NCBI RefSeq assembly: GCF_001194135.2
Contig: NC_068995.1
Coordinates: 1,341,437 to 1,405,436 of the forward strand
Source: Octopus bimaculoides
Lineage: Eukaryota
DNA length: 64,000 nucleotides
Direction of reading: 5' to 3'
Below, piece by piece: positions 1-10,199 of this stretch; the first letter of the stretch is position 1, and each line of letters starts with the position of its first letter. The notes under the pieces were generated by a model. It was not told where the DNA came from. It did no database searches and saw nothing but the letters and a program-made list of their open reading frames with translations. A program made the translations under genes and the position numbers.

Positions 1-46
1 CTTTTGTCCATTGCTTCTCAACCTTTTTTTCCTTTTATTATTAAAG

Positions 47-332
47 TACCCTTCAATCGTCGGGCAATATGCTGCAGTTGAGAAGACCGGTTGAGTCAGG
101 TGAAATCGTCGTGGCTGATGCCAGTGCCATCTGACTGGCTCCCGTGCCAGTGGCACATAAAAAGCACTCACTGCACTCTCGGAGTGGTTGGCGTTAGGAA
201 GGGCATCCAGCTGTAGAAACCTTGCCAGATCAGATTGGAATTTGGTGAGGCTTCCTGGCCTGCCAATCCTCAGTCAAACCATCCAACCCATGACACCAAG
301 GAAAGCAGACGTTAAATGACGACGATGATGAT
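47..332 (+). mobile_element. SINE/non-autonomous element with RTE-type 3' tail ending in (GAT)n
   Basis: Core ggttggcgttaggaagggcatccagctgtagaaac and tail ccaacccatg...gacgttaaatgacgacgatgatgat. The core recurs at about 25365-25552 (-), 26822-27110 (+), 35240-35375 (+) and 52150-52310 (+); tail-only remnants occur at about 2200-2335 (+), 13230-13330 (-) and 22680-22780 (-). Confidence 0.85.
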
Positions 333-632
333 ATTGGTGACACGGGGTGACACTACTTTTTGGCAGTGGAGGCAATAAAACACACATGCATACAGATACA
401 CACACACATGCACACACGCACACACACACACATATATGAAAGAGAAAGTATGAAAGAAACACTTAACTACTTGATGTCAAATAAGTGAGCTTTGACTCAG
501 TGGTGCCAAATTGGTGCCAGAATGATTAACCCCCCCCCCTCCACAGGTATTTAATAGTTGAATTTGGTATTTTGTTTGTTCTTTTATCCTAGTTACCTTC
601 ATATTTTGGCTCTCATTGTCTGCGTCTTGAAG

Positions 633-721
633 GAGTCTGGAGAGATTTACGAGCTTTATCACGAACAACTGCATTTGCTGTCAGAGAGCAAGCCGGACAC
701 ACGTTAAAATCTTCAATAAAG
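633..721 (+). CDS. SAMM50: SAMM50 exon (phase 1 to 0), [30 protein letters not shown]
   Basis: Acceptor tgcgtcttgaAG at 631-632, donor GTaaaa at 722; matches the Sam50 segment recalled as [28 protein letters not shown]. Confidence 0.93.
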
Positions 722-1710
722 GTAAAAACCAAAAAATCTTTTCACTTTTTTAATACTTTACAGGTGTTTTTTTCTTTCAAGGCAACTTATTTGGCAGAAT
801 CGTTAATGCATCAGACAAGATGCTCGGTAGAATTTTCTCCATCTTTACCTTCTGAATTCTGCCAAGGTTATCTGTGCCTTTCATCCTTTCAGGGTCGATA
901 AAATAAGTACCAGTTGAATGTTGGGGGTTGATGTAATCAATTAGTCATCTCCCCCGAAATTGCTGGCCTTGTGCCAAAATTGGAGACCAATATTTTATGT
1001 TTTTACCAGAATCCTCTCCATTCCAGATGGAATTGGTTATTAGACTTTTTATCTTTTTAGTTTTCACCTTTGACTTGTTTCAGTCATTGGACTGTGGCCA
1101 TGCTGGAGCATCACTTTGAAGGGTTTTAGCCAAACAAATGGACTCCAGTACTTTTCAAGTCTGGTACTTATTCTATCAATCTCTTTTGCCAAACCACTAA
1201 GTTACGGAAACATGAACTAACCGACACCAGTTGTCAAATACATACATATGACAGACTTCTATACAGTGATCAAAGCCTTGTGAGTGGATTTGGTAGACAG
1301 AAATGAAGAAGACAATAATGATGATGATGATACTGATGGTGGTGGTGGTGATACTGATAATGACAATTATGATAATGATGTTAATAATCTTCTCCCCTCC
1401 CCATCTCTTTGCAGCATGAATTTGTCAAAGACACAAGAGACGACCCAATAATTCCACGACATGGTTTCCTGCTGAAAATTATTGACGTAAGTGAAGAAAT
1501 CTAATGATTTCTAATGGGTTTTAGGATCTTTACAGGTTTAGGGATCTGTTGCTAAGCAATGGCCCTGAATGTACCCCCCCACACACACACACGTGTCAGT
1601 TTGTTGGGTGAAATGTAATCATCACCATCAAATGATGATAACGACTACATTTCACCCTGACTCAGACATTTCCTGCCATCTACACAACCTATCCTGACAC
1701 ACCTGTCCAA

Positions 1711-1746
<36 letters not shown>

Positions 1747-1904
1747 ATATATATACATATACACATACATACTCTACTTTCTATACATTGACCATTCTCT
1801 CAAATATTTGATTCCACAACAGATCTCTTGCCTTACCACTATTCCCATTCACAGAACACAGCCCCAACCAAGCCATACATTCTTCCTCTCAAACACACCC
1901 TCCC

Positions 1905-1944
<40 letters not shown>

Positions 1945-2944
1945 GCTCTTGCTACAAAGTCACTAAGTTGAGCAGAAGATGCAGTGTGTTATGTGCACCT
2001 TTCTCTCTCGGTGTTGCAGGAATATGCAGGACTTGGTGGTAACGTGGAATATTTGAAAAACGAAATAGAATTTCAGGGGACGAAATCCTTATTCTTCGAT
2101 TGTGTAAGTAAATATTTTACTGTTTTATTTTTATTATTTATAAAGGAGTCAATGTTGTTAATGTGTTTAAGCCTACGACATTAATTAATTAGCTAAAAGT
2201 AGGAAAGGCATCTAGCCCTAGAATCCATGCCAAAACAGGCACTAGAGGAAGCATGAGGCAGTCATAAGACCCATCAGATCCTGTCAAACCATTCCACTCA
2301 TGTCAGCTTTGAACACGGATGTTAAATGATGATGAAATAATTATGAGGAAATAATTGATTGATGGCTAGTTAAGTTAATGTTAACATATTTAATACAGAG
2401 GGGATTAAAAAGTTAATTAGAAATAATTATGTGGTGGGACAGATATACAGAAAGATTAATTAGTTTTTTGCATATTTAATACAAGGAATATTAGAAAGTC
2501 AACTAAAAATAATTGTATGATGAGACATATTTGTGGGTTGATAAGTAAATGTATTTGATAGAGAGAGAGAGTATTACAATGTTAATATCTATGAGTCGTG
2601 GCAAATGGAGAGATTGTTAAGTGAAGGTAAATGTATTTTATGTATGAAATGATAAAAAGCTGAGGAGAAAAAAATGGAATGTGTGGTGAGGATGGTTGTG
2701 GGGTTCGATTCCTATGCACGGCACTTTGGGTAAATATCTTCTACCAACTGTCATTAGGTGGTGTTGTTGTTTTACAGAGTGTACAGATGTCGTTAGCTGG
2801 TGGAATGATGAAACCTCTTGCAACTAATAACGAGCTGAAAATTAATGATCGATTTTTCCTTGGAGGACCTTTGACCCTGAGAGGGTTCACACTGAAAGGA
2901 GTTGGACCACACAGTGATGGTACTTCAATTTTTGGTTTTATTTC

Positions 2945-2998
<54 letters not shown>

Positions 2999-4306
2999 NN
3001 NNNNNNNNNNNNNNNNNNNNNNNNNNNNNNNNNNNNNNNNNNNNNNNNNNNNNNNNNNNNNNNNNNNNNNNNNNNNNNNNNNNNNNNNNNNNNNNNNNNN
3101 NNNNNNNNNNNNNNNNNNNNNNNNNNNNNNNNNNNNNNNNNNNNNNNNNNNNNNNNNNNNNNNNNNNNNNNNNNNNNNNNNNNNNNNNNNNNNNNNNNNN
3201 NNNNNNNNNNNNNNNNNNNNNNNNNNNNNNNNNNNNNNNNNNNNNNNNNNNNNNNNNNNNNNNNNNNNNNNNNNNNNNNNNNNNNNNNNNNNNNNNNNNN
3301 NNNNNNNNNNNNNNNNNNNNNNNNNNNNNNNNNNNNNNNNNNNNNNNNNNNNNNNNNNNNNNNNNNNNNNNNNNNNNNNNNACACACACACACACATACA
3401 TACATACAATCATATACAAACACATGTGCACATATGTGTGTGTAAAAGGTTGCATTCTTGTATATCCAAACATTAACTGAGCCATTTGAGAAATAGAGAT
3501 CAATAAAATAGTCCCTGGAATGAAATAAGAGCTGGAGGAGGTTTGACTGACTAAGATATACCCGTAAAGGCTTGCTCCAGCATGGCCACATTCCAATGCT
3601 TGAAGACAGTAAATGTGTGAAGAAATATGTATTTATGTGTCTATATGTTTTTTGTTCATGTTTGTTTGTTGTTTTTGTTTCTAGGTAACGCATTAGGTGC
3701 TGACACCTACTGGCTGGCAGCGTTACACCTGTATACACCTCTACCATTCCGACCTGGAAAAGGCGGCTTCGGAGAACTGTTTAGAACTCACCTGTTTGTA
3801 AATGCTGGAAACTTGGCCAACTTGAAGCTCAGTAAGTGATGATGTTGATGTTGTTCATTATGATGATGATGATGATGATATTACTAAATGATGGTAATGG
3901 TGTTTGACGGCAGTGGTGGTGGTAGTCTCTATAATTGTATCTTTGACTATACCTGTCTATAGTTGATTCCAGCTGCCTGTTGCTCTCTCTCTCTCTCTCT
4001 CTCTCTAAACAATGTTAAAGATGGTTTTTCATCCTCTGAACTGTATTTCATTGCCTAAAATCTAAATTACCGTTTCTTTCTCTCTTTTTCATCCACAGGT
4101 GATGGTCCGAGGGGAATATTAAATGGTCTGAAATCAAACTACAGAGTATCGTATGGCGGTGGAATTGTCCTTCGGATGGGACGAGTGGCTCGCCTTGAAT
4201 TGAATTACGTTGTGCCCTTACACATATGTCAAGGAGACAGGTACGTGTGTCGCATATATATCCATATAACATACAGGCATACATTTATCACCCACTTTTA
4301 TACATA

Positions 4307-4343
<37 letters not shown>

Positions 4344-5317
4344 NNNNNNNNNNNNNNNNNNNNNNNNNNNNNNNNNNNNNNNNNNNNNNNNNNNNNNNNN
4401 NNNNNNNNNNNNNNNNNNNNNNNNNNNNNNNNNNNNNNNNNNNNNNNNNNNNNNNNNNNNNNNNNNNNNNNNNNNNNNNNNNNNNNNNNNNNNNNNNNNN
4501 NNNNNNNNNNNNNNNNNNNNNNNNNNNNNNNNNNNNNNNNNNNNNNNNNNNNNNNNNNNNNNNNNNNNNNNNNNNNNNNNNNNNNNNNNNNNNNNNNNNN
4601 NNNNNNNNNNNNNNNNNNNNNNNNNNNNNNNNNNNNNNNNNNNNNNNNNNNNNNNNNNNNNNNNNNNNNNNNNNNNNNNNNNNNNNNNNNNNNNNNNNNN
4701 NNNNNNNNNNNNNNNNNNNNNNNNNNNNNNNNNNNNNNNNNNNNNNNNNNNNNNNNNNNNNNNNNNNNNNNNNNNNNNNNNNNNNNNNNNNNNNNNNNNN
4801 NNNNNNNNNNNNNNNNNNNNNAGAATTTTCAAGCGACTGATAGCAATTCCGTTGTGTCTCTCTTTAGTTTCTCTCCTGTCGACTTTTCCTTGAAAAAGGC
4901 CTCTGTCCAAAACTTTGGATTTTTCTCCCCCCACAGCAATTTCTCTTTTTGTTTGGGATTCTGTCTTATGTATACCATAAATACATTTTGAACATACATT
5001 GGATGGTGAAAACTTCACAACTTACCAAAGCACTGAGCTTCTTATTTCCAATCAACAACCTAAACAATAACATTTGTTACTGAACTCTTCAGTTTCCTAT
5101 GAATTTACTAAATAGCTCTACCTTCAGTGTTGAGAACTCTGTTTTTTCATTCTGAAATGTGTATGTGTATATGTATGGCTGTCTGTCTTGTACTCCCTCT
5201 GTTCCTTCTTGTCTTCTCTCTCTGTCTGTCCATCTTATTTCTTGCTTTTATTTCATTTTCTTTTTCTTCAGTGTCAACCCTGGTCTTCAGTTTGGCATTG
5301 GCTTCGTGTTCTTGTGA
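633..5317 (+). CDS. SAMM50: SAMM50 (sorting and assembly machinery component 50), 3' part; 7 coding exons; 5' exons lie upstream of the window
   Basis: The spliced exons read [30 protein letters not shown]|[24 protein letters not shown]|[28 protein letters not shown]|[11 protein letters not shown]...[14 protein letters not shown]...GPHSD|[10 protein letters not shown]...[31 protein letters not shown]...|...[20 protein letters not shown]...GD|[15 protein letters not shown]. This is colinear with the recalled C-terminal barrel of metazoan Sam50, including the (V/I/L)RGF loop motif and the C-terminal beta-signal. All junctions are GT-AG and phase-consistent. Confidence 0.97.
779..993 (+). mobile_element. 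tRNA-derived SINE, family A (central gcctttcatcctttc.gggtcgataaa.taagtaccag, resembling the Meta domain)
   Basis: A-box-like ggcagaatcgtta, conserved central domain and tail ggccttgtgccaaa. Many copies occur in the window, e.g. 10861-11035 (-), 12150-12580 (+), 14760-14970 (-), 37930-38140 (-), 41578-41826 (-), 50790-51010 (+). Confidence 0.8.
1415..1486 (+). CDS. SAMM50: SAMM50 exon (phase 0-0), [24 protein letters not shown]
   Basis: Acceptor tctctttgcAG, donor GTaagt at 1487; 72 nt. Confidence 0.94.
2020..2103 (+). CDS. SAMM50: SAMM50 exon (phase 0-0), [28 protein letters not shown]
   Basis: Acceptor gtgttgcAG, donor GTaagt at 2104; 84 nt. Confidence 0.95.
2778..2919 (+). CDS. SAMM50: SAMM50 exon (phase 0-1) with DRFFLGG...LRGF lid-loop motif
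   Basis: Acceptor ttttacAG at 2776-2777, donor GTactt at 2920; 142 nt. Confidence 0.93.
3685..3831 (+). CDS. SAMM50: SAMM50 exon (phase 1-1), [10 protein letters not shown]...[10 protein letters not shown]
   Basis: Acceptor tttgtttctAG, donor GTaagt at 3832; 147 nt; contains [22 protein letters not shown]. Confidence 0.96.
4099..4240 (+). CDS. SAMM50: SAMM50 exon (phase 1-2), ...[23 protein letters not shown]...GD
   Basis: Acceptor tttttcatccacAG, donor GTacgt at 4241; 142 nt; contains ARLELNY. Confidence 0.96.
5272..5317 (+). CDS. SAMM50: SAMM50 terminal coding exon, (S)[14 protein letters not shown]
   Basis: Long polypyrimidine tract plus cttcAG at 5270-5271; TGA at 5315-5317; QFGIGFVF fits the beta-signal (polar-x-G-x-x-hydrophobic-x-hydrophobic). 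Confidence 0.95.
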
Positions 5318-5596
5318 TACCACTTACCATTCTACCATTGTAGTTATATTTCCGGTTGAGTCTGGTCCAGCCCTCTCCATCCACCATCGACCGGTGCCGG
5401 ACATTACTGAATCCAGCCTGTACTGGTCATTCATGAACTTCTTGTCTGTCCAGTTGGGTATCAAACAGTAAGGTTGCAGTTACAAAACAGCCGTGAAACT
5501 ACACAAAACTTCTTGGCATTAGTGGAGGGGAGGGTGTGGGCTTTAGTGGGGGGTGGGGTGGGGACATCTTTCTAAAAAAAACAACCAAAAAAAGAC

Positions 5597-5602
5597 ATTA
5601 AA
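5597..5602 (+). terminator. Probable SAMM50 polyadenylation signal (ATTAAA)
   Basis: 280 nt after the stop codon and followed by U/GU-rich sequence (tttgtttttaatc...ttttgtggtg). Confidence 0.5.
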
Positions 5603-6054
5603 TTTAAAGCTGTACAGAAGTTTGTTTTTAATCATTTATATTTTGTGGTGATGTATGTGTGTATGTTAATATATATATATATGCATTTGTGTGTCAGTAT
5701 ATATATATATATATATATATNNNNNNNNNNNNNNNNNNNNNNNNNNNNNNNNNNNNNNNNNNNNNNNNNNNNNNNNNNNNNNNNNNNNNNNNNNNNNNNN
5801 NNNNNNNNNNNNNNNNNNNNNNNNNNNNNNNNNNNNNNNNNNNNNNNNNNNNNNNNNNNNNNNNNNNNNNNNNNNNNNNNNNNNNNNNNNNNNNNNNNNN
5901 NNNNNNNNNNNNNNNNNNNNNNNNNNNNNNNNNNNNNNNNNNNNNNNNNNNNNNNNNNNNNNNNNNNNNNNNNNNNNNNNNNNNNNNNNNNNNNNNNNNN
6001 NNNNNNNNNNNNNNNNNNNNNNNNNNNNNNNNNNNNNNNNNNNNNNNNNNNNNN

Positions 6055-6085
<31 letters not shown>

Positions 6086-6327
6086 TTATGATTATGATTT
6101 TAATGTCCACTTTTCCACGCTTGCATAGGTCTGGTGTAATTTGTTAAGGCAGATTCTCCACAGCCACTGATCCTCACCTGTCTCTAGACTTATTTTCATG
6201 AAAGACACTGCATCTAGGATGGTGGTAATTGTTTACAACTAACATGCAATGTCATGAGGAGGACACACATGCATGCATGCGTGTGCAAGACAAAATATGA
6301 TTGCATGGTTGGGTGGTCGAGAAGTTC

Positions 6328-7210
6328 AAAAAGAGTGATTGCGCATCATTTGTCAACGACCATCCAGTTAGCTGCATTGGGAAACTGATGGAATCCTGCT
6401 TCAGAGAAACATTCTTGGATTTCTAGAACTCACACAGCCTAATTGTTTGATCCTCACAATTTCGATTTATCTCTAACTCGAGCTGCTGTGGTCAACTCAT
6501 TGAGTTTCTTGAGGACATCAACTGAATCACTGATGGCAGCTCATGGATGGATCTTATCTCTCTGGACTTTGCTAAAGCCTTCAATTCTGTGCTACACAAA
6601 TGAGAGATGGTCTTTATAACTGGTTGAAGCCCTTCGTTCTAAAAAGAGGTAGTTATGGTTCTAGGATATCGATCTTCACCCTATGAGATGATGTCTGGTG
6701 TACCACAGGGATCTGTTATTGGGTCCCTGTTGTTTGTTGCATATATTAATAACACAGATGCCAACTTGAAGAATGTTACAGTGTTGATATACACAGATGA
6801 CATCATGTACCTTGAGATAAAAGAAACAGATCCTATATGCTGTAGGTCTTTCCTGCAATTAGACCTGGATTACTGACTGGCAACTGAAGCTGGCTGTGGA
6901 CAAGTGTGTCACCATGCATTTTGGAAGGAAAATCTCAGCTTTTACATATTTCCTGCAGAAATATGTAAAAGCTTTTCTTTAGAAGTCTGCTAGTGAACAG
7001 GACCAGGGCATTGTCAGCAGTGATCTGTATTGGGAAAACCACATTTCTAAATTTGTCAAGAAGGCTGAGGATGTCTTGGCATTATTCAGTCAGACTTTTG
7101 TCAGCCACTCTCCACATTTCTATTTAAAGCTGTAAATGGCTGTGGTATGTCCACATTAAAGTTGGCATCACCAATCTTGGTCAGAACATCACCCTCCTGG
7201 AAACTGTTCA
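6328..7210 (+). mobile_element. Decayed CR1/L2-clade LINE reverse-transcriptase fragment
   Basis: Translatable remnants with stops and frameshifts: KKSD..NDHPVSCIGKLME, LDFAKAFNSVLHK, SGVPQGSVIGSLLFVAYINN, YTDD (YADD), KCVTMHFGRK. Confidence 0.88.
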
Positions 7211-8685
7211 TATTCAGATGTAGCTATATTCCACGTCTAAATATATGTCCATAACCGTTTGCTTGTCATTTCTAGCAACCATCCTTATTTACAAAACACA
7301 AACACCTGACCCACAAATCGTTGTCTGCTTGGTTTTGGTCCCTTCTCTCATGTAATTTGTGGTTTTTCTTTTATCAGCTGGTAATGTTCGCCCTGGAAAT
7401 ATCAATGGCAGAATAAAATTGGTAGAGATAAATCCTGTGAAAGCCCTCTCGTGATTTTTATGCTAGACTCAATCTTTTGCCAGCTTTAATATGCCAGTTA
7501 TCACTCAACGTCCTTCATCAGGGTCCACAGCAACCATTCTGGACATGTCTCTAATTTCCTTCTTTTAATCTCAGATGTCACGGGAAAGCACGATGGCAAC
7601 TGTTTGCCTCCTCCTAGCAACTTCCTGCCAGAGATGAAGATGAAGACTGTAGAGCTCAGAGAGCCTGGACCAGGTTAGATCTACATTTGTCCTATTGACA
7701 TTGGAACCTTTCTGGGTCTCCTTCCAGCTGCAAGTGATGTGTGACATGCTCCCAGCACCAATAAATCTGTGCCATGAGGTGAATGAGGGGCGTGTTGGCT
7801 TTGTGGGGAGAAAGGGATTCATGGTGCCAATTCTATCGAGTTAAGGGAGACTTTGATGGTGCTGATGTCACTCAACAACCTTCTTGGGACAGAAGAAAGG
7901 CAAGAAACATTAAACTAGTACCATCAGTCAGGGAGGGGGATTAGAAACCTTCACTTGTGGCTAGAGTAACAATTTACTACGAAGGAGCCGATTCTGCTGG
8001 ACGAGAATTCTGTCGTGAAAACGCTAAGATAACCCTGACCCAACAGCCTCTTGCAAAGAAGAATGCGATCAGTTCTTTGTATAGAAGAGTGTGAACTAAG
8101 AGAACCATTTGCCAATTTATAGGGAAAAAGGTAATGATGGCTGACACGGTTATTGCCTGTCGGCTGTGTAAAAGTCCATGGCTATTGGAATGACAAAAAG
8201 AGAGAAAAAGACAATCACTGATGAGATGAAAGAGAGAGTGAGAAAAGAAAGGGTCAATTTGTTAATGGAGAGGGGGAAACGATCTAAGTTGGAAACCAGG
8301 ATGGGAAGGTGATTTGGTCACCACTGGCGACCTGCCATAGGTAAGTTCTGGCTTATAAAATCCAATAAACGTTGGACTCAGACGACATCAACTCCTGTTG
8401 GTCAAGTTGGATGAAGTAAAAAGAATATTACAATGTAAGTATTCAACGTTTGAAGTATAACAAAAAAAAATTTTTTTTTCAAAGGAATTATCTCCCTTCG
8501 AATAATTGCGGAGTAATCTCCCTTTGAATAATTGCGGAGTAATCTCCCTTGTATACTAACCACCGTCTACCACTTACACTTCAGTTTTCCGGCGTGGCAC
8601 CTTGGGCAAGTGTCTTCTACTATAGCCTCAGGCCGACCAAAGCCTTGCGAGTGGATCTGGTAGACGGAAACTGAAAGAAGCCTGT

Positions 8686-8731
<46 letters not shown>

Positions 8732-10193
8732 TGTGTGTGTGTGTGTGTGAGTGTCTATGTGTTTGTACCCTTACCATCACTTGACAACCAATGTTGCTGT
8801 ATTTATGTCCCTGTAACTTAGCGGTTCAGCAAAAGAGGCTGCGATTGATTTCTTTGGCTAAAAAAACCCTTTAAGGTGGTGCTCCAGCATGGTCGCAGTC
8901 AAATGACTGAAACAAGTAAAAGAATATCTTCCATTGAGCATAGAATTTGAATGTTCCTTTGCATTCTTGTCAACTAGTTTTGGGGTACAGGCATCAAAAG
9001 GGATCTGCTAGAATATTCAGGCACCGAGAGAATTCTCAACTCTACCTCCATTTTCGGTCAGGCTTTGAAGAAATCTTTTTGTTTTTTTCCCCATGTGACA
9101 GGTACGATTTGAACTCAGAACATATACAGACGAAACAGATGCTGCAGAGCATCTTGTGCAATGCGCTAACGTTCTGCCAAACCACTGTCTTGAACTTATG
9201 TACTCTATTTATCAAATCTTGAAAGGCCAAAAGGGCAAGTTGACCAAGATGGAGTTTGAACTGAGAATGCTGGAACAGATACTGTTATTTCAACAGTCAA
9301 AGGTAATACCATTATCATCGTTTTAACATCTACTTTTCCATGCCTGCATGGGTCAGATGGAATTCATTGAGGCAGATATTTCTGCAGCTGAAGGCCCTTC
9401 TTGTGTTCCCTCACCTATTTCCAAGCAAGGCATATTTTTGACATTGTTGAACTTGTTTATATGGTAGATTAGAAATGAATAACATTGCTTGTATGGCAGT
9501 GACACTCGTTTACATTTGTTCCACTACATCCATACAAAAAAAACATACAAACACCCCATAAAATGAGAAATATCAAAAAGTGGAGTCATTAACTCATTTT
9601 AATACATTGTTTACAATTGTTTCGTCATTATTCTATGCAACCAATCTTGCATAATGTCATAGTGATGTTGGCAAGTATTGATTAATTTCCAAAAGTTGTG
9701 CAAGATATCTTTTGTAGCACATGTAGGAATGGGAATTAATAAATACATTACACAAGATTGGTTTCATTGAATAATGATGAAACAATTGTAAACAATGTAT
9801 TAGAATGAGTTGCTGACTTCGTTCTTTGATATTTGTCATTTCACATAATCTATAGATTATATATAATCCATAGAGCTAGACTTTTATTTATCTGCTTTTA
9901 ACTGCACATCTGTTCTGATCCATCAGACATCTATGATGAAGAATGTTTCAGCTTTGACCATTCTCATATTTTATTTAGACATGTGTAGGAATTTATCATC
10001 AAATAAGGTTTGAGAGAAAATTGGTTACTGTTTCTAGCATGTTAGCTCACCACATGGTGACCTATTGGTTCGGTTAATGTTAAGGTGAACGTTCAGAGCT
10101 GAGGTAGAAAATATTTGAAATGAAAGAAAAAACTTAATTAAAAATAAATGAAAATCACAAAATGTAATTTAAATATAAGATTTGTGAATCAGC

Positions 10194-10199
10194 TTTATT
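10194..10199 (-). terminator. Candidate distal SOBP polyadenylation signal (AATAAA on - strand)
   Basis: U-rich upstream (10200-10260) and a long U/GU-rich downstream element (ttttgtgattttcatttatttttaattaagtttttt) on the - strand. Confidence 0.4.

Noticed and set aside
7330-8420. Complex sequence with faint resemblance to an L1/Tx1 endonuclease on the - strand (VAIVL...D..GR)
   Set aside because: Too many stops and too little identity to call without a profile search.
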